From NCBI RefSeq assembly GCF_009914755.1, contig NC_060930.1: a stretch of 64,000 nucleotides of DNA. One strand, written 5' to 3'. The notes beneath the pieces were generated by a model. That model had not been told where the DNA came from, did not search any database, and was given only the letters and a program-made list of their open reading frames with translations. Both the position numbers and the translations under genes were made by a program. The stretch's first letter is position 1; each line of letters begins with the position of its first letter. Positions 1 to 19,811 of the stretch are shown in pieces. Source of the stretch: the human T2T-CHM13v2.0 reference genome, Homo sapiens.

Positions 1-1584
1 GTTAGGAAAAATAATCCTGAAGAACTTGAAGAGTCAGGAGAAAAGTAAAGATCAAGAGCCTTAACTTTAAGAAAGAACAAGTTTTGGAACAGGCTCTTCT
101 TCTCCTACCAAGACTGTCATTAAGCAGGTTTCTCTTGACGTGAGAACAGCTGCTCATGTGGCCACTTTGTTGCTTGTACCCTGAGGGCCAGCTGCATGAA
201 GGGGCATGGTACAGCTCTCCCCCTAATCTTTTTAAGTTTTTTTTTTTTTTTGTAAATCTTTTTAATTTTGGTACCATTCCTACTGAAGTCTTTCTGAGAC
301 AGCCAATATTCTTTTGTCTTTTCTTCCTACATTTTCCAATGGCACAGCAGACTGGGAAGCACCTGTGAGTTTTTCACATTTTTTGGCAAACATTAATATA
401 TCAATTCTGGCAAATGCAGAGAGGCATTAAAAGAAATTTGGAATTGCCCATAAACTTACCATCAGAGATAACCACTGTTTACTTTCACTAGCTTAGTATA
501 TATCATTGACTAATGGGTGCCCCGGTCATCCTTCTCCATACGTGCTGTGGGACATTGGTATGTTAGGAAGGGGTTCTTAGTGTCTCCTTGCCACTTTCTC
601 ACCAGGAGCAGTACTGGCAGGGTTTAGGATGGGGGAGGCAGAGGAAGGGGACAAAAACGGTGATCACTACAATGCTGAGAAGTGGGGGAATGGAAAGTAT
701 TTGTGAGCATGGTGTAAATTTAATGCATTATGCTTATAGATGTGGCAACACTAATGGTTGAATGGGGGAATAATTTGGTGACAGTCTTCTCTGATGCATT
801 CTGGCAGGTGGAGAAGTATTTCACTGTTTGAGAAACATTGTTTTTCACGGTTTAAGAAACATCTTTCAAAGCCTAATTTCTTTACTCCTCAGGTGTCAAG
901 ACCTTTGTTTACACCAGATCAATTGTGCAAAGTTCCCTGCAACCTAGAAATGAAGCAATTATTTCAAATCTATTTATGGGACACAGAGGACACACAGTGA
1001 GATTTTGCTGATAGTGCCTTTAAATCTGAACCTTGGGTCCCACCCCTCTGCCAGGCCACGTTTGTCTAGGTAGGCAGTGACTGCCCAATTTACCTGGATT
1101 GGTAGGGGTGATGGGGGAATACAGAGGAAGAAAGACTCATTAGATGCTGTTCTAAGATTAGCTCTAGTTCCTGATCATTGGAACAGTCTTTGGAATTCTC
1201 TGCTCAGTCCTGGGAAGATGTTGTCAAGGGGATAATTGTCAGAATGGTGCAAACACTGCAGGAGAAACAGTAGATACACTCACCAAAAAGATAAGGAGGT
1301 GTTTTCTGGAAAGATGGCCCCTTTGCAATTAGTGACTATTCAAAATTAAAACTACCTCCTTTCAGTTACCCAAGTAACTGCCATTCATAAATGCCTGAGT
1401 TGTGGTTGCATTTACCCGTGTGCAGAGAAACTGACCACAAGACTTTCAGGACTCAGAGGACTGAATTGAGGGGTGGCTGCCTCTCAATGAGGAGTCAGAG
1501 GAGCAGGGTGTCTTCCTCAGGACTCACCAGGAACAATAGGACCCATGTGATGAGATTGGGCCCGGGCTAGCCTTCCCATCTGAA

Positions 1585-1697
1585 GGTCCTCAATGTAATC
1601 ACATCTATAAAGTCTCTTCTGCCACGTAAGGTTTTGTCACAGGTTCTAGTGGTTAGGATGTGGACATCTTTGAGGGACCATCATTCTGCCTACCATA
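1585..1697 (-). mobile_element. MLT1 (MaLR) LTR fragment
   Basis: gtaatcacatct…aagtc…tgccacgtaagg…ttaggatgtggacatctttg…attctgcctacca. Confidence 0.7.
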
Positions 1698-3580
1698 GCC
1701 ATGACTTCCTGGGTATAGCAACACTGCTCAAACTCTATGCCTCCACTTCTAGGGATCTGGACACAGGTCATGAGCTCAGAGTTTTTAGAAGATGGTGTCA
1801 CTAGGGTAGGTATTAATATTAGCCTCAGCACAATACCAGCAGTTTGGCACCCATGATTATCCCAGCAAGCTTCAGACATCTAGTCTTCCTTCAGGCATCT
1901 GTAGACATTTGCATTTTGGCACTTCCATCAGCTCCCAAACCCTTTCCTCTGGCTGGCTCAGAAATACCTAGCGCCATGCTTGACCCTCTGGTAGGGAGGT
2001 CTAAAGAAAGGTCCACCCCCATTTTATCCCTTCCCCTCACTTTCCACCACAGATAACAACCCAGATGGATGCAGCTGGTGTGTCTTCCTGTTGACAAACA
2101 CCATGGGGAGTGAGTTGTGCCAATTCTCTTGCCATATCCACGTTATGTCTCCCCTGACTCCTCTGTAACTCCCTCCCTCCAATTCTCTCCTCATGACAAA
2201 AAACCTGGGACTGCAGACTGGCTTATGAAAAATGTGGATAACAATGTGCAAACAGATGGGTGTGGTGGTTTATGCCTGTAATCCCAGCACTCTGGGAGGC
2301 CAAGGTGGGCAGATCACTGGAGCCTAGGAGTTTGAAACCAGCCTGGGCAACATAGCGAAACACTGTCTGTACAAAAAATACAAAAATTAGCTGGCCACAG
2401 TGATGCCCACCTATAGTCCCAGCTACTCAGGAGGCCAAGGTGAGAAGATTGCTTCAGCCCAGGAGGTTGAAGTGGCAGTGAGTGGTGATCACACCATTAC
2501 ACTCCAGCCCGAGTGACAGAGCAAGACTCTGTCTCAAAAATAAAATAAATAATGTGCAAACACTCACACAGCATTTTCTATGTGCTAAGTGCATTATTCA
2601 CATTAACTCATTGAATCATTGCAGCATCCCTGTAAAGTGGGTGTTATCACCTTTTCTTAAAAGTGAGGAAACTAAGGCACAGAGATATTTAGTAACTTAC
2701 CCAATGAGTGGTTATGATGGGATTCACATCTAGGTAGGCTGGCTCCAGAGCCTACACTCTGTCCCCAATGCTAGCGTGCCTCTAGACAAATATAGATCCA
2801 ATGATAATATTCAGACCATCACTGGGAGGTGAAGTGCTTTCTCCTACCTTCCTAGATGTATTTGCAGTTTTAAAAAGCACAGAGAGTGATGCTATGTGTC
2901 ACACGAGTACACCCTGCCCAAGGGAGATGGATTCAGACTGGGAGCCCATGGGTAAAGGTTTGTTCTGGTTCTGCCATTTTGCTGGCTGAATGATTGTAGA
3001 CAAATAATAGATCATCTCTGAGTCTCAATTTCTTTATCTGCAGAACGAGGATGACAGTCACAATACCAAGCTCACAAGGTTCTGGTGGGGAATGACATTT
3101 CTGATCTCATTGGATAAAAGTGTTAAAGTATTATTCACTACCTAGAGCTAAGGTCATTTGTTTTCTTTTTGTTGAGACAGAGTCTCACTCTGTCACCTAG
3201 TCTGGAGTGCAGTGGTGTGATCACATCTCACTGCAGCCTTGACCTAGCTAAGGTAGTATTCTTATTAGAGCATGGGATTCAAGCTTGTTGAGCATGAATC
3301 TGAGACAGAGAGCTTGTTGGCCCTCCAAGCACAGCACTGGGCAGCCTCTGTTCCTTCTGCATATAAGGCCACCTCTTTATTTTCATTCACTGCCACTGAC
3401 TGGGTCAGGACCTCACCACCTCTAGCTTGAACCTATAAAACAGTTTCCTATCAGATATTCTTCCTGTACTCTCGCCCCTTCCCAATCAAAACGCTGGCAT
3501 CAGGTTAGTCTGAGGCACAACCTTCCTCTGTTATCCACAAGTTGTGACCTTCTAAACTTTCTACAGCCTGCTGTCTCTGG

Positions 3581-3897
3581 CAAGGGTGATGAACTCAAAC
3601 ACCTGTGAAGGTCCAGAGGACACCACAAGTGAGTGAGGTGGACCAGGTGTGCAGGCAGTGGCAAGCCAGACCCTGTGTCTCTTGCCTGAAAGGGAAGCGG
3701 CTACTCAGCTTCCGTTCGAAGATTCTCTATAAGGCCTGACCTTCCTATTTTTAAAGAGAAGCTGGAAATCCATGTTGTTTGTGAAATGTTGTATGCTTAA
3801 CCAAACTCAAGTTTAAAAGGAAAAAAATAAAAACACGATACAGGTCAAACAAAAGCCATCTGCAGGATGAGTGGAATCGGCCAATTTTTGACCCTTG
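3581..3897. mobile_element. hAT-Charlie remnant (MER102-like)
   Basis: Resembles recalled consensus. Confidence 0.45.
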
Positions 3898-5309
3898 GTA
3901 TGCAGGTTAAAGCCCAAATCATAAACTTTGCATTCTAGGTCTGTACAGGTTTGACACTAACCTACCTTTCCAGCTCGCCTCCTGCTCCTCCTCCAGGTCT
4001 GCTCCTAGCCAAGAATAGTTCTGGTTCCCAGGACACCCAAAGCCCCTCCCTACCCCTGCCCCTTTGCTCTGCTGGCATCTGGAATGCTCTTTCTCTCACC
4101 TTCCCCACCCTCCAGCTCCTCCTGGAAGTTCTACTATTCCTCCTGGAGGCTTTCCACAGTTTAACTCCAGCCAATGAATGATTAAATAATTACACACAAT
4201 CTACTCCCCCTGGGCCTCCAGGGCACTCTCAAAGAGCTCTGTTTCACCTGTGTTTACTTTCTACCACATCCTGGCCAGTGCCACACCTCAGAAGGCTTCA
4301 GAGAAAAATTGTGACTAACTGACTTGTGTCACTTCTCTCCTACTAAATCATAAGCAAGTTGTCTGCAGAGCCCCCCACTGCCAGCTCCTTGCCCCAGCTC
4401 CTCCCACCACCACCATGACCCAGGACAGCGCCTTATAGGTCCCAGATGACTGTCAAGGCTTCTTGAAAGCTTTGGCTCTAAGGGATTAAACTGGAAGACT
4501 GCAGCTGATTAACTCACTAGGTTTAAATTAAGTTCTTGGGCTTGCTGCAAGCAGAGCAAAACTCTCCCGTCTCTCTGCAGCCCCTTCTCAGGCCTCTGCT
4601 CTCTTTGTGGGCATGGCCAGTGTCTCTTAGCTGCATCCTGGGTCACTCAAGGTCTCAGGGTAGGAGAGCTGGATGTACAAATCACACCCTCATCCTCCTG
4701 GGGGAGTGGATCCAGGTGCTGGTGGAGGGATGCCAGCATCACCTGGAAGCAGAAAGTTATGCCCTGAGGGAGCTGTCCCTTGTTTGACTAATCCAAATTA
4801 ATACCACTATTATTGTCTTACAGTGTTAGGGCCATGAGAGGCCATATAGCCATTTAGACTGAAGGAGGAAACCGAGACCCAGAGAAGCATGATTTGCCCA
4901 AAGACAGGGTAAGGGTGAACTCTAGATAGGATCCAGGACATCTAACTCCAACTCTGGAGACTTTTTTCCACTAAGCCAAAGATTTGCTGCTATCATTTGA
5001 AGTGTTCTGATAAAAACACAAGTGAGATATCTCAAGACTACATTTTTCAGACACTCCATCTCACAGCTGTGCAAAAATGGGCTGCCGATTTGTTTTTGTC
5101 CTTTCTGCTTCTGTGAATGTGGCATTTGGAGTGTGACATTTGCTGCTCCAGCCACTTCTGATCTCAGTGTAATTTCCTTAGCTTAGGAAGATGCGTGGTA
5201 TGTGTCTGTGTGCTTGTCCCTACATTTCAAACTCCCTGGAGAACATGTGTCGCAGAAGTAGACAAAATGAGAAAATAATCACTGGTAGTTTGCTGCAATG
5301 TCTCTTGGT

Positions 5310-5844
5310 CTGTTCTCTTTCTCAACCTTCCTAAGTTTGTAGTTGGGACAGACTTCTGCAACAAAGGACAGATTAACAAGAGAACAGTCCAGCTTATCAA
5401 CACGTACAGGACACATCTCGTGGGAGAAACCTCAGTGAAGAGTTAACTCAAGGCAGTGTTTACGAGTCTGCCATATATAGTATGTCTAATAAAGAACAAT
5501 AAATTTCAGAGAAGTGACAAGACAAAGGAAAGTAGTCCTGGACTTCCAAAAATGGGAAGCTATGGGAAGGTAAATATATGGGCAAACACTAATGGAGTAA
5601 AGTCTGCTCACAGGTCCCTCTGGCACCATCTCTGAGCTGATCAAGGGTTGTCTCCAGTAATGAAGAATGTACATCTTATCTTTAGGTAAGAAAAGAGACA
5701 GGGAGGATAAAAAACCTTTTGTCTCTGTAAATCTCTGTCCTGCTTTTAGGCAAGCAAAGGGAAGACACAGAGCTCCCCTGCATCTTAATTATCTTCAGCT
5801 CAACAATCCTCTTATTTTGAGGAGGCATATTCTGGTCTCCCACA
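5310..5844 (-). mobile_element. MER34-family ERV1 solo LTR
   Basis: Ends …cttcagctcaacaatcc…ggcatattctggtctcccaca, the reverse complement of a MER34-like 5' end. Confidence 0.65.
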
Positions 5845-6164
5845 GTTGCCATATTTCCCTGGGAACATTCAAACGAGGAATAGCTGCCATGAAAGTCAAG
5901 AAAAGACATTTTGGGAGCCTCTCCAAACCTATTCTGGGTCAGAGGCTGCCTGGTTTAAGAAAAAAGGGAGAGAGAAAAAAGGAAAAGATAGTTTACACTT
6001 ACACTACTTTTTCAAAATAAGAGATTATTCTGTTTATTCTCATGCCCATGATGGGAATCTCTGCTGAAGAGTAAGTCAATGGAGGAAGGCATCTATTGAA
6101 GCGCTAAGACAAGATCATTACCTTCATTTTACAGATAAGGAAACTGAGGCTCAGGGCAACTCAA

Positions 6165-6386
6165 ACTAAGCACCTACTATGTGCAGGTTGTGTTTTAAGG
6201 ACTCTATATTTATTTACCCAGTTAAGATTTACAGTAACACTATGAGGCTAGTGCTAGTATCATCACTTCCATTGTACAAGTGATAAACTGTGGTTCAGAA
6301 AGAACTAATATTCCCAGGAGCATTTAGTTCATAGCTTGACAAAGCCAGGATTTGGACCCAGGTGGTTGTACTCAAAGCTGATGTTC
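6165..6386. repeat. MIR-derived inverted repeat, left arm
   Basis: Reverse complement of 8591-8813 with 15 mismatches and 1 gap over 223 aligned positions. Confidence 0.93.
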
Positions 6387-6539
6387 AAAATCATTCATCT
6401 GTTAATTTTTAGTCAAATGAATGGGCCAGGCACTGTGCTAGGTTCTGCAGATACAAAAGTGAGTGAAATAGACACAGTTCCTGCCTTCAAAGTGCCTCCA
6501 GCCTAGCAGGAAAGAGACTGTCAATAAATTATATAAAAC

Positions 6540-7109
6540 TGAAAGGGATCAGAGTGTATTGCCTTAGTAAAAGGATTGTTTTGAGCTGAAGGCAACTGGG
6601 AAAGAGCAGACTGCAGAAAGGCTCTCTACTTTTCCCTATTTGCTTAAAAGCAGGGCATATATTTTTCTTTGTGAAGGTGTTCCCCTTCCCTCTCTCATAC
6701 CAGGAAAGGCAGAATAACTCTTAGTCACCAGAGATAACTCTAGACTCTTTTCATCCCAAAGATGACCCCAAAAGGAATCTATAACACAAACCCTACTAAA
6801 ATAACACTTACCTTCCATTAGCTTCCCCATATATTTACCTTCTCACAACTTCCTGCCTCTAGAAGCTCAACTGCCTTTTCATTTGTCTTGTTAGTTCTCC
6901 AGAAATTCATCGCCCTTTGTTAAAATGGTATATACACCTCCAACTCTGACTATGTCTTTGGGATTTTCATTTCATTTCTCTGAGGTACCTTACATGCCCA
7001 TGAAATAAACTTTTTTCTCCTGTAATTATGGCTTTTGTCAATTTAATTTCCAGGGCCACAGCTGCAGAATTGAAAAGCATAGAGAAAAAAGTTTTTTCCC
7101 TCCCCTACA
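6540..7109 (+). mobile_element. MER34-family ERV1 solo LTR
   Basis: TG...CA ends; aggattgttttgagctgaaggcaa; internal AATAAA; terminal tccctcccctaca. Confidence 0.7.
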
Positions 7110-8590
7110 AAATCTCCTGGCACTTAATCCTATGCCCTTTCTAGTTCATGATGTTGATATCACACTCCTGAGTCAGCAGTGAATGACATTTCCGAGATTG
7201 TTTGTTCCATCCTCAATCCTCATGTGCTCCTTTTACCCAAACCTGACCTTCTCACCTCTCACCCTGTCTGCCTTCCTAAATGGGCTTTATTTTGTGAGGT
7301 GAGGCTTGAGATCTCAGTCTTCATGGCCAGCATTTTGTAGGTTTCTTGGCAGCATCTTTCAGAGTCAGTAGCCCAAAGCAAGCTGTGGCCCACATCTCAT
7401 CAACATTGTGATGATGTGGCCCAGCCAAGGGAAACCAGAAGCCAGAGAGAGAGAGACAGGTTCAAATTGTGTTTTGTTTACAATTTCTTAGTGACACAAA
7501 CAATGCCAAGCTTTGATGGTTTCTAAGAAATGGCAAGCATTTCTATGAAAGCTATCATTTAAAGTCAGCCGTTGACCTCTGCTCATGCAAAGCATGTTTC
7601 CACATCTAGGCCCAGATTTCTTTACCTCAGCCCAGAGTGCCATGTCTCTATCCTAAGCCCTGGCGCCTTCTGCTACTACAGAAGCAATAAAATCCAGCCA
7701 GAGATACCACAACTCTAGTAGATTAAACAGGCAGAGGGAGACAGAGTGACAACTGATATGCAAATGTATGTGTTTATTGGAACCTTGGGGATACCACGGA
7801 ATGTAAAGAATTCTTATTTCCAAGTATTACAGAGGGGGCTTTGCTGGGCCCTAATGGTGGGACCTAGGTAAGTGTCACTGGATGTTGTGAGCACATACCT
7901 GGCCACAGTGTCTGAGTCCCTAAGCACTGTGTGACAGGTGTAACCCAGGTGTGCCTCAGGCTTACCTGCTTGAATGTCAGTTACAGTTAGTCACTTGGTA
8001 GTTACCCTGAAGTCTACTCCACCTGCTATGTAGCAGTCCATCTTTTTTCGGCTTCTTGAGCCAGGGAGCCCTGCAGTTGGTCAGGAGCTCTACAAGAGTG
8101 AAATCAAATCCTTCCATGGCTAGGATAAAGGTGTGTACAAATATGAATGAGGGACTTGAGAAGGGTGGGGGAGGATTGCAGGAAGTGAGGCTATAAGGAG
8201 GAAGAGTGGGGATCCTAGGGGGAAAACTCCATGACTGCTAAGGAGTATGGTGGAAAGGCCAGACTCAGCACCGAGACCCAGATCCTCAAAGAAACTCTGA
8301 GGGCAGCACACCCCAGACACCACTCTTGCCACAGACTTGGGTCTTCCGGCCCAAGCATCTCTGCAGTGGGACTCCCCTGGGAACAGTTGTGTGTGAAAAG
8401 GAGAGGGTCTGCCCCTATTCTAGGAGAGATTGCTGAGTACTGGTGACTAGGAGCAGGTGGTGAGGTAGCCAAGTGCTGATGCTTTACACCCTAATGGTGT
8501 CAGAGCAATTGTTGGAGGTATGCACTTCTCCTTTACGCATGAGCAATTCCTCCCCCTTCCAAAGGTTTTGGACATCATTGAGCTTTGAGG

Positions 8591-8813
8591 GAACGTCAGC
8601 TTTGAACACAACTACCTGGGTCCAAATCCTGGCTTTGTCAAACTGTGAACTAAATGCTCCTGGGAATATTAGTTCTTTCTGAGCCACAGTTTATCACTTG
8701 TACAATGGGAGTGATGATACTAGCACTAGCCTCATAGTGTTACTGTAAATCTTAACTGGGTTAATGAATATACAGTCCTTAAAACAGAACCTGGCATGTA
8801 GTAGATGCTTAGT
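8591..8813. repeat. MIR-derived inverted repeat, right arm
   Basis: Partner of the left arm; MIR-like core (ctgagccacagtttatcacttgtacaatgggagtgat). Confidence 0.93.
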
Positions 8814-9158
8814 AAATGTGAACCACTAGCTAGAAAATAAGCAGGGCCAGTGTGATGGAGTGCCCATAAAGCACCCCCCGGTCCTAGCATATCTCAGCAT
8901 CCTGCTAAGGTAGACTTTCCATCCAAGTCCCTCCAGGCCCAAATTGTTGTCCCACAAGGGCCCCTACTAGGATACAGTCATTAAATCTTTCAAGGGTAAC
9001 TCGTTCTGACCTTTAGCAGAAAACTGAACAGAGAGGATAGTTTTCACAGAAGTGGAGGGTAGTTCTCACACAACCCTGTGGGGAAGGTTCCGGGGTCCTA
9101 AGGAAAGGACACACCTAGATTGGCTCCAAGAGAACACAGATGGGGACTGTGCTTGTGA

Positions 9159-9350
<192 letters not shown>

Positions 9351-9749
9351 TAGTAGAGATGGGGTTTCGCCATGCTGGCCAGGCTGGTCTCGAGCTCCTG
9401 GCCTCAAGCGATCTTCCTTCCTCAGCCTCCCAAAGTTGTGGGGTTACAGGTGTGAGCCACTGTGACCAGCCATGAAAAGAATTTTGAAAGAAGATAGGAG
9501 GCCAGTGGTTGTACCAGTGAATACCCTCACCATCAATGTATATTAGAGTACCTGGCCACCAGGCTGTATGGTCAAAATCTTGGATTGTTGCTAATCTGGG
9601 AGGTGAAAAAAGAATCTTAATGTAGTTTTCCCTTGCATTTCTGTGATTATAAGGTTGAATATCCTGAAAAGAGTTCAAAAGGGATACTGAAGTAGGATAT
9701 CAAAAATAAACTTACGTGATTCACACGAATGTATTCCAGGCTAGCCCTT

Positions 9750-9783
9750 TATATATATATATATATATGTTTTATATGCTCTC

Positions 9784-9829
<46 letters not shown>

Positions 9830-9864
9830 TCTATTGTGTATATATATATATGTATATGCTCTTA

Positions 9865-9912
<48 letters not shown>
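9750..9912. repeat. Compound (TA)n/(TG)n microsatellite, tail of the minus-strand Alu at ~9915-10172
   Basis: Four TA runs; aggctagcc is repeated on both sides of microsatellite plus Alu (TSD). Confidence 0.9.
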
Positions 9913-9916
<4 letters not shown>

Positions 9917-12900
9917 CTCTATTGCCCAGATACTGGTCTATTGCCCAGGCTAAAGTGCAGTCACACAATCATAGCTCGCTGCAGCCTCAGACTGTTGAAC
10001 TCAAGCCATTCTTCACCTAGTGTGCCACCACACCAGGCTACTTTTTGATTTTTTGTAGAGAAAGTGTCCTCCTATGTTGCCTGGGCTGGTCTCTAACTGC
10101 TGTCCTCAGGCAATTCTCCTGCCTGACCTCCCAAAGTGCTGAAATTACAGGTGTGAGCCACTGTGCCTGGCCTCTAGGCTAGCCTTGAGCACAATTACTT
10201 GCAGCAGCAAATACCCCTGCCATTTCCTCTTCAAGCAAAGACTGCCTTGAAAAATTTTCCCAAAATTGAAAAGAAAGGTGTCTGGGTACCCCATCCGCCC
10301 ACTCAAACACACATACACGAGGCAGTATTGCCTGGTTTGAAGGCTCGTACTCTTCACTAACCATTACTCATACTATCTCTTAGGCATCCTTGTAAGTTAC
10401 CTCCTTGTATCTCACAGCTCAGTTTCCTTGTTTGTTAAGTGAGGAAAACAACATGTTCTTCGTCATCATTGTAAGGATTAAATAACTATATAAAGCATTT
10501 GGCACAATGTCTGCCACACTCCACACTCTCAATAAAAAAGTATTAGAATATTTAACCTCCTGTCCCAACTGCCATAAAAAACGTTCAGCATCTCAAAACG
10601 GAGTTTCAAAAGCTCGGGGACTTGAGTTCCCCAAATGAATGTTCTCCATCTCTCTTATGTTCAGAGCGAATACCAATGGGTCCAAACAGCCTGGAAAAAA
10701 ACAATCCTGGTCTATCGAGGGCATGTGAAGACTCTGGACTGACAGGGAACTAGATACAAGTGATTTACTATCCTCAGAGAAGAGGATAGCAATTCTGTTT
10801 TTGTAGTACTCACAAAGAGAAAAATGCTGGCATGAAGTCCCACAAAGGGAAGGTGAAGAAACAAGAACACTCAGGCTTTTAAATCTTACCCTCCATCAGC
10901 TCCCAAAATCTTATGTCTTTAGATTACAATCCAAATATCATTTTATTTTAAACCAAAAGGAACACAGGTGCTCTGTGACAAATCAAAAATCCCAAGGCTT
11001 AGCAGGAAATGTTTAGATTCCAAAATCACTTTTTCCTGGCAAGGCAAAAAATAGCTAGGAAAAGAACTCTATGGGGATGTGTCTTCTCTCCTGGTCAGAA
11101 AAAACTGTTGTGGAAGTGGCTTCTATGTAAATATTTGCAGAATGAGCAAATAAACCACTAAAATCACCCAGGGCCTGCCACATTCTGTCTTCCCAGGACA
11201 ATGCTCTAAATTTAAGGGTGGGACTCTAGTCAGAATCTGAACTTTATTCTTTCTGTTTTGAACATCAGAATTAAAGTTTAGAAGTTGGTTCTGCTTTTAA
11301 AATTTGTCCCATTTTTTTTCCCCTTCATCGTGACATTAAATTGTTTAGTTTCCACTGTTTCTCCCCCAGTCCTCCCCTCTCCCTACTTTTGAAGGTCTCT
11401 CTCTCTCTCTCACTCATCCCAGGAGGTTGGAAGGACCCATTTGGCCACAAAGACAGCATTTCCACCTACCAACCCAGCCCAGATGTCTAAGTCCAGCTTA
11501 GCTGTGACCCCTCCTTGTGGACTCCATGGCAGAGACAGGTGGACAAAAGCAATGACTGTTAAGGTGCCATCTGGGGTCAAGGCCACATACAGTCTGGCAG
11601 CACCTCAGCCAATTGCCTTCACCCCTATCCTACTCCATTGACAAGGCCAGGAATATCTTCTCCCTTGCCTGTCTGAGCTTAGTCCTCTTCATTTACACAT
11701 TTCCTAATTAAATAGTACCCACAAGTGAACAGGAAAGCACTCCCCTAAATGGAGGGCCATTAGTGTCCTTGGGATCAGCTAATATGTCAGTAGTTGTTTG
11801 TAGAAAAATACTGAATAGTAGCACAGCTGTTACTATTTATATGTAAACACAAACGGTGGCTGGCCGTGGTGACTCATGCCTGTAATCCCAGTGCTTTGGG
11901 AGGCTGAGGCGGGAGCCTCCCTTGAGCCCAGGAGTTTGAGACCAGCATGAGCAACACGGGAGACCCCTGTTTCTACCAAAACAAAACAAAACAACCTCCA
12001 CAAATATTACTAATCATATGCAACTAACAACATAAGCTATTAAAAATATGTGTGACCAGTTTACATTAAGATAAGTCCATCTAGTGATTTTTATTTCATT
12101 TTTGGATCAAAATCATTTGTACGTGGTAAAAAAATACGATAGTACACACAGAGTTTATGCTAAAAAGTATTGCCCCTCCCCCAATGCTCCCCAAGACATG
12201 GCAAATTTAAACCTTTTCTGACTTTGGTTTTTCTGAGGTAACCCTGATCATTCTAAATCACATGCTTATTCCTCAGTTTCTTAATGTATCAAATCTGGAT
12301 CTCTATTGATTGCCCAGGATGAAAAATGGGGTTTACCTCACTTGTGTTTTTGCTCCTTTCCCTGTCTCTACCTTCTTCTTCTTGACGTTTTGCAGTCATA
12401 TGCTGTTGTATGATTATTCTCCATGCCTCTACTAGACATCTTTGCAACTTAAAGAAACATTAAATCACTGTTTATTATTCCATCCTTAGCCAGTGTCTCT
12501 GGATACCCTCCCACACAAAAATGTGTTGACCCTACCCAAATCTTCTTCCACTTTTTTTCTCTTTTGCCTCTGTCAACTACATCTTTACCACAGTGACATT
12601 CTGTGCTGGAACTATTATGGGGTCTTTTGTATTTTATCTGCAGTTAATTAAAAAGTTGGAACCCAATAATTATGTCTACACAAGTGGCTTAGGACACAGC
12701 TACATAGCAGCAAGGGCCATCTTTTCTTATCTGTGGCTTTAAAGTTTCCAGCATCAAGATCAAATGTCAGACAGCCTTCACTTCAGAGTGCCTTTAGACC
12801 TTCACCTCCAAAATGCAACAATACAAAATACTTTATTCTCGGGAACAAGTACCCAAGTTGAAGCCTCAGTTCCCCTAGAATAGTTAATTCAATTTCTCTT

Positions 12901-13409
12901 GAGGCAAGTCTTACTTTTAGTATTTTTATTATTTTTTAACTGTTTGTATTCCCTGGGATGCATGTTTGGGTGAAGTCCTAACTGGTAGCAGTTGATCTGC
13001 AGAAAGACTTTCAAGTATTGGTCCTGTTTCCGGTGCCCATCTCTCCTCATTCCTACCCTTCAGCTCAGTGACATCAGCCCGCAGCCTTTCCAGGGTCCTG
13101 CCTTTCCATTTCACTTCTCTGGGGCTCCTCATTGTACATCAATATACACTTCATCCACTTCCCATCTCCCAGAAATTTGTCGACGTTTCTGATGCACTCA
13201 TTATCCCCCTTATGTTCTCTTGGCTCATTTTTTTATACTTCATTACTGACATTTAAGATCTCCAGCAAAGGCATACATTTGGTCTGCCACCTTAAGCTAA
13301 ATAATAAATGACTTTTTATACTAAATAGGCAGTGAAACAAGTCCCTACTTTGGATATTTTATTCATACTACGTTTTTATTAAGATCAGAATAATAGTCCC
13401 AACAGTGGT

Positions 13410-18089
<4,680 letters not shown>

Positions 18090-18559
18090 TAGTCTTGTCA
18101 CTTAGACAAATGAATTTAGAAGATTTGAACAAATCTAAATGTTTATCAATAGGGACTATTTAATTATAATAGTCATGTAATGCATAATGCATCATTAAAA
18201 ATGAAGCAGCTGTGATCCTATATGCTTATAAGAACTTAATGCTCAAATTGGCTCCTAAAACGACAAAAACTATGTTAGAAATGAATCTGATATGATACCA
18301 CTTATGTCATCTCTCTCTTATATATATATATAAATATATTTTATATATAAAAGATATGTGTGTATTTTATGTAATGTATTTCATACACATTACATATAAT
18401 TATATATATGCAGAGAACATTTCTAATATCTGGAATAATAGACAAGAAACTAGTCAGTGTTGCAGAGGGGAGACTAGAACTAGGAGACTTCTTTTTTTTC
18501 ACTTTTGAATTTTGTATCATGTGCATCTGTTACTATTCTAATAAAGGAGAAGGAATAAT

Positions 18560-19811
<1,252 letters not shown>

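Noticed and set aside
5310-7109. Two MER34 LTRs as ends of one provirus
   Set aside because: Opposite orientation, clearly diverged, and no internal proviral sequence.
9716-10048. YIYIYI-rich ORFs
   Set aside because: Translation of the (TA)n microsatellite and Alu.
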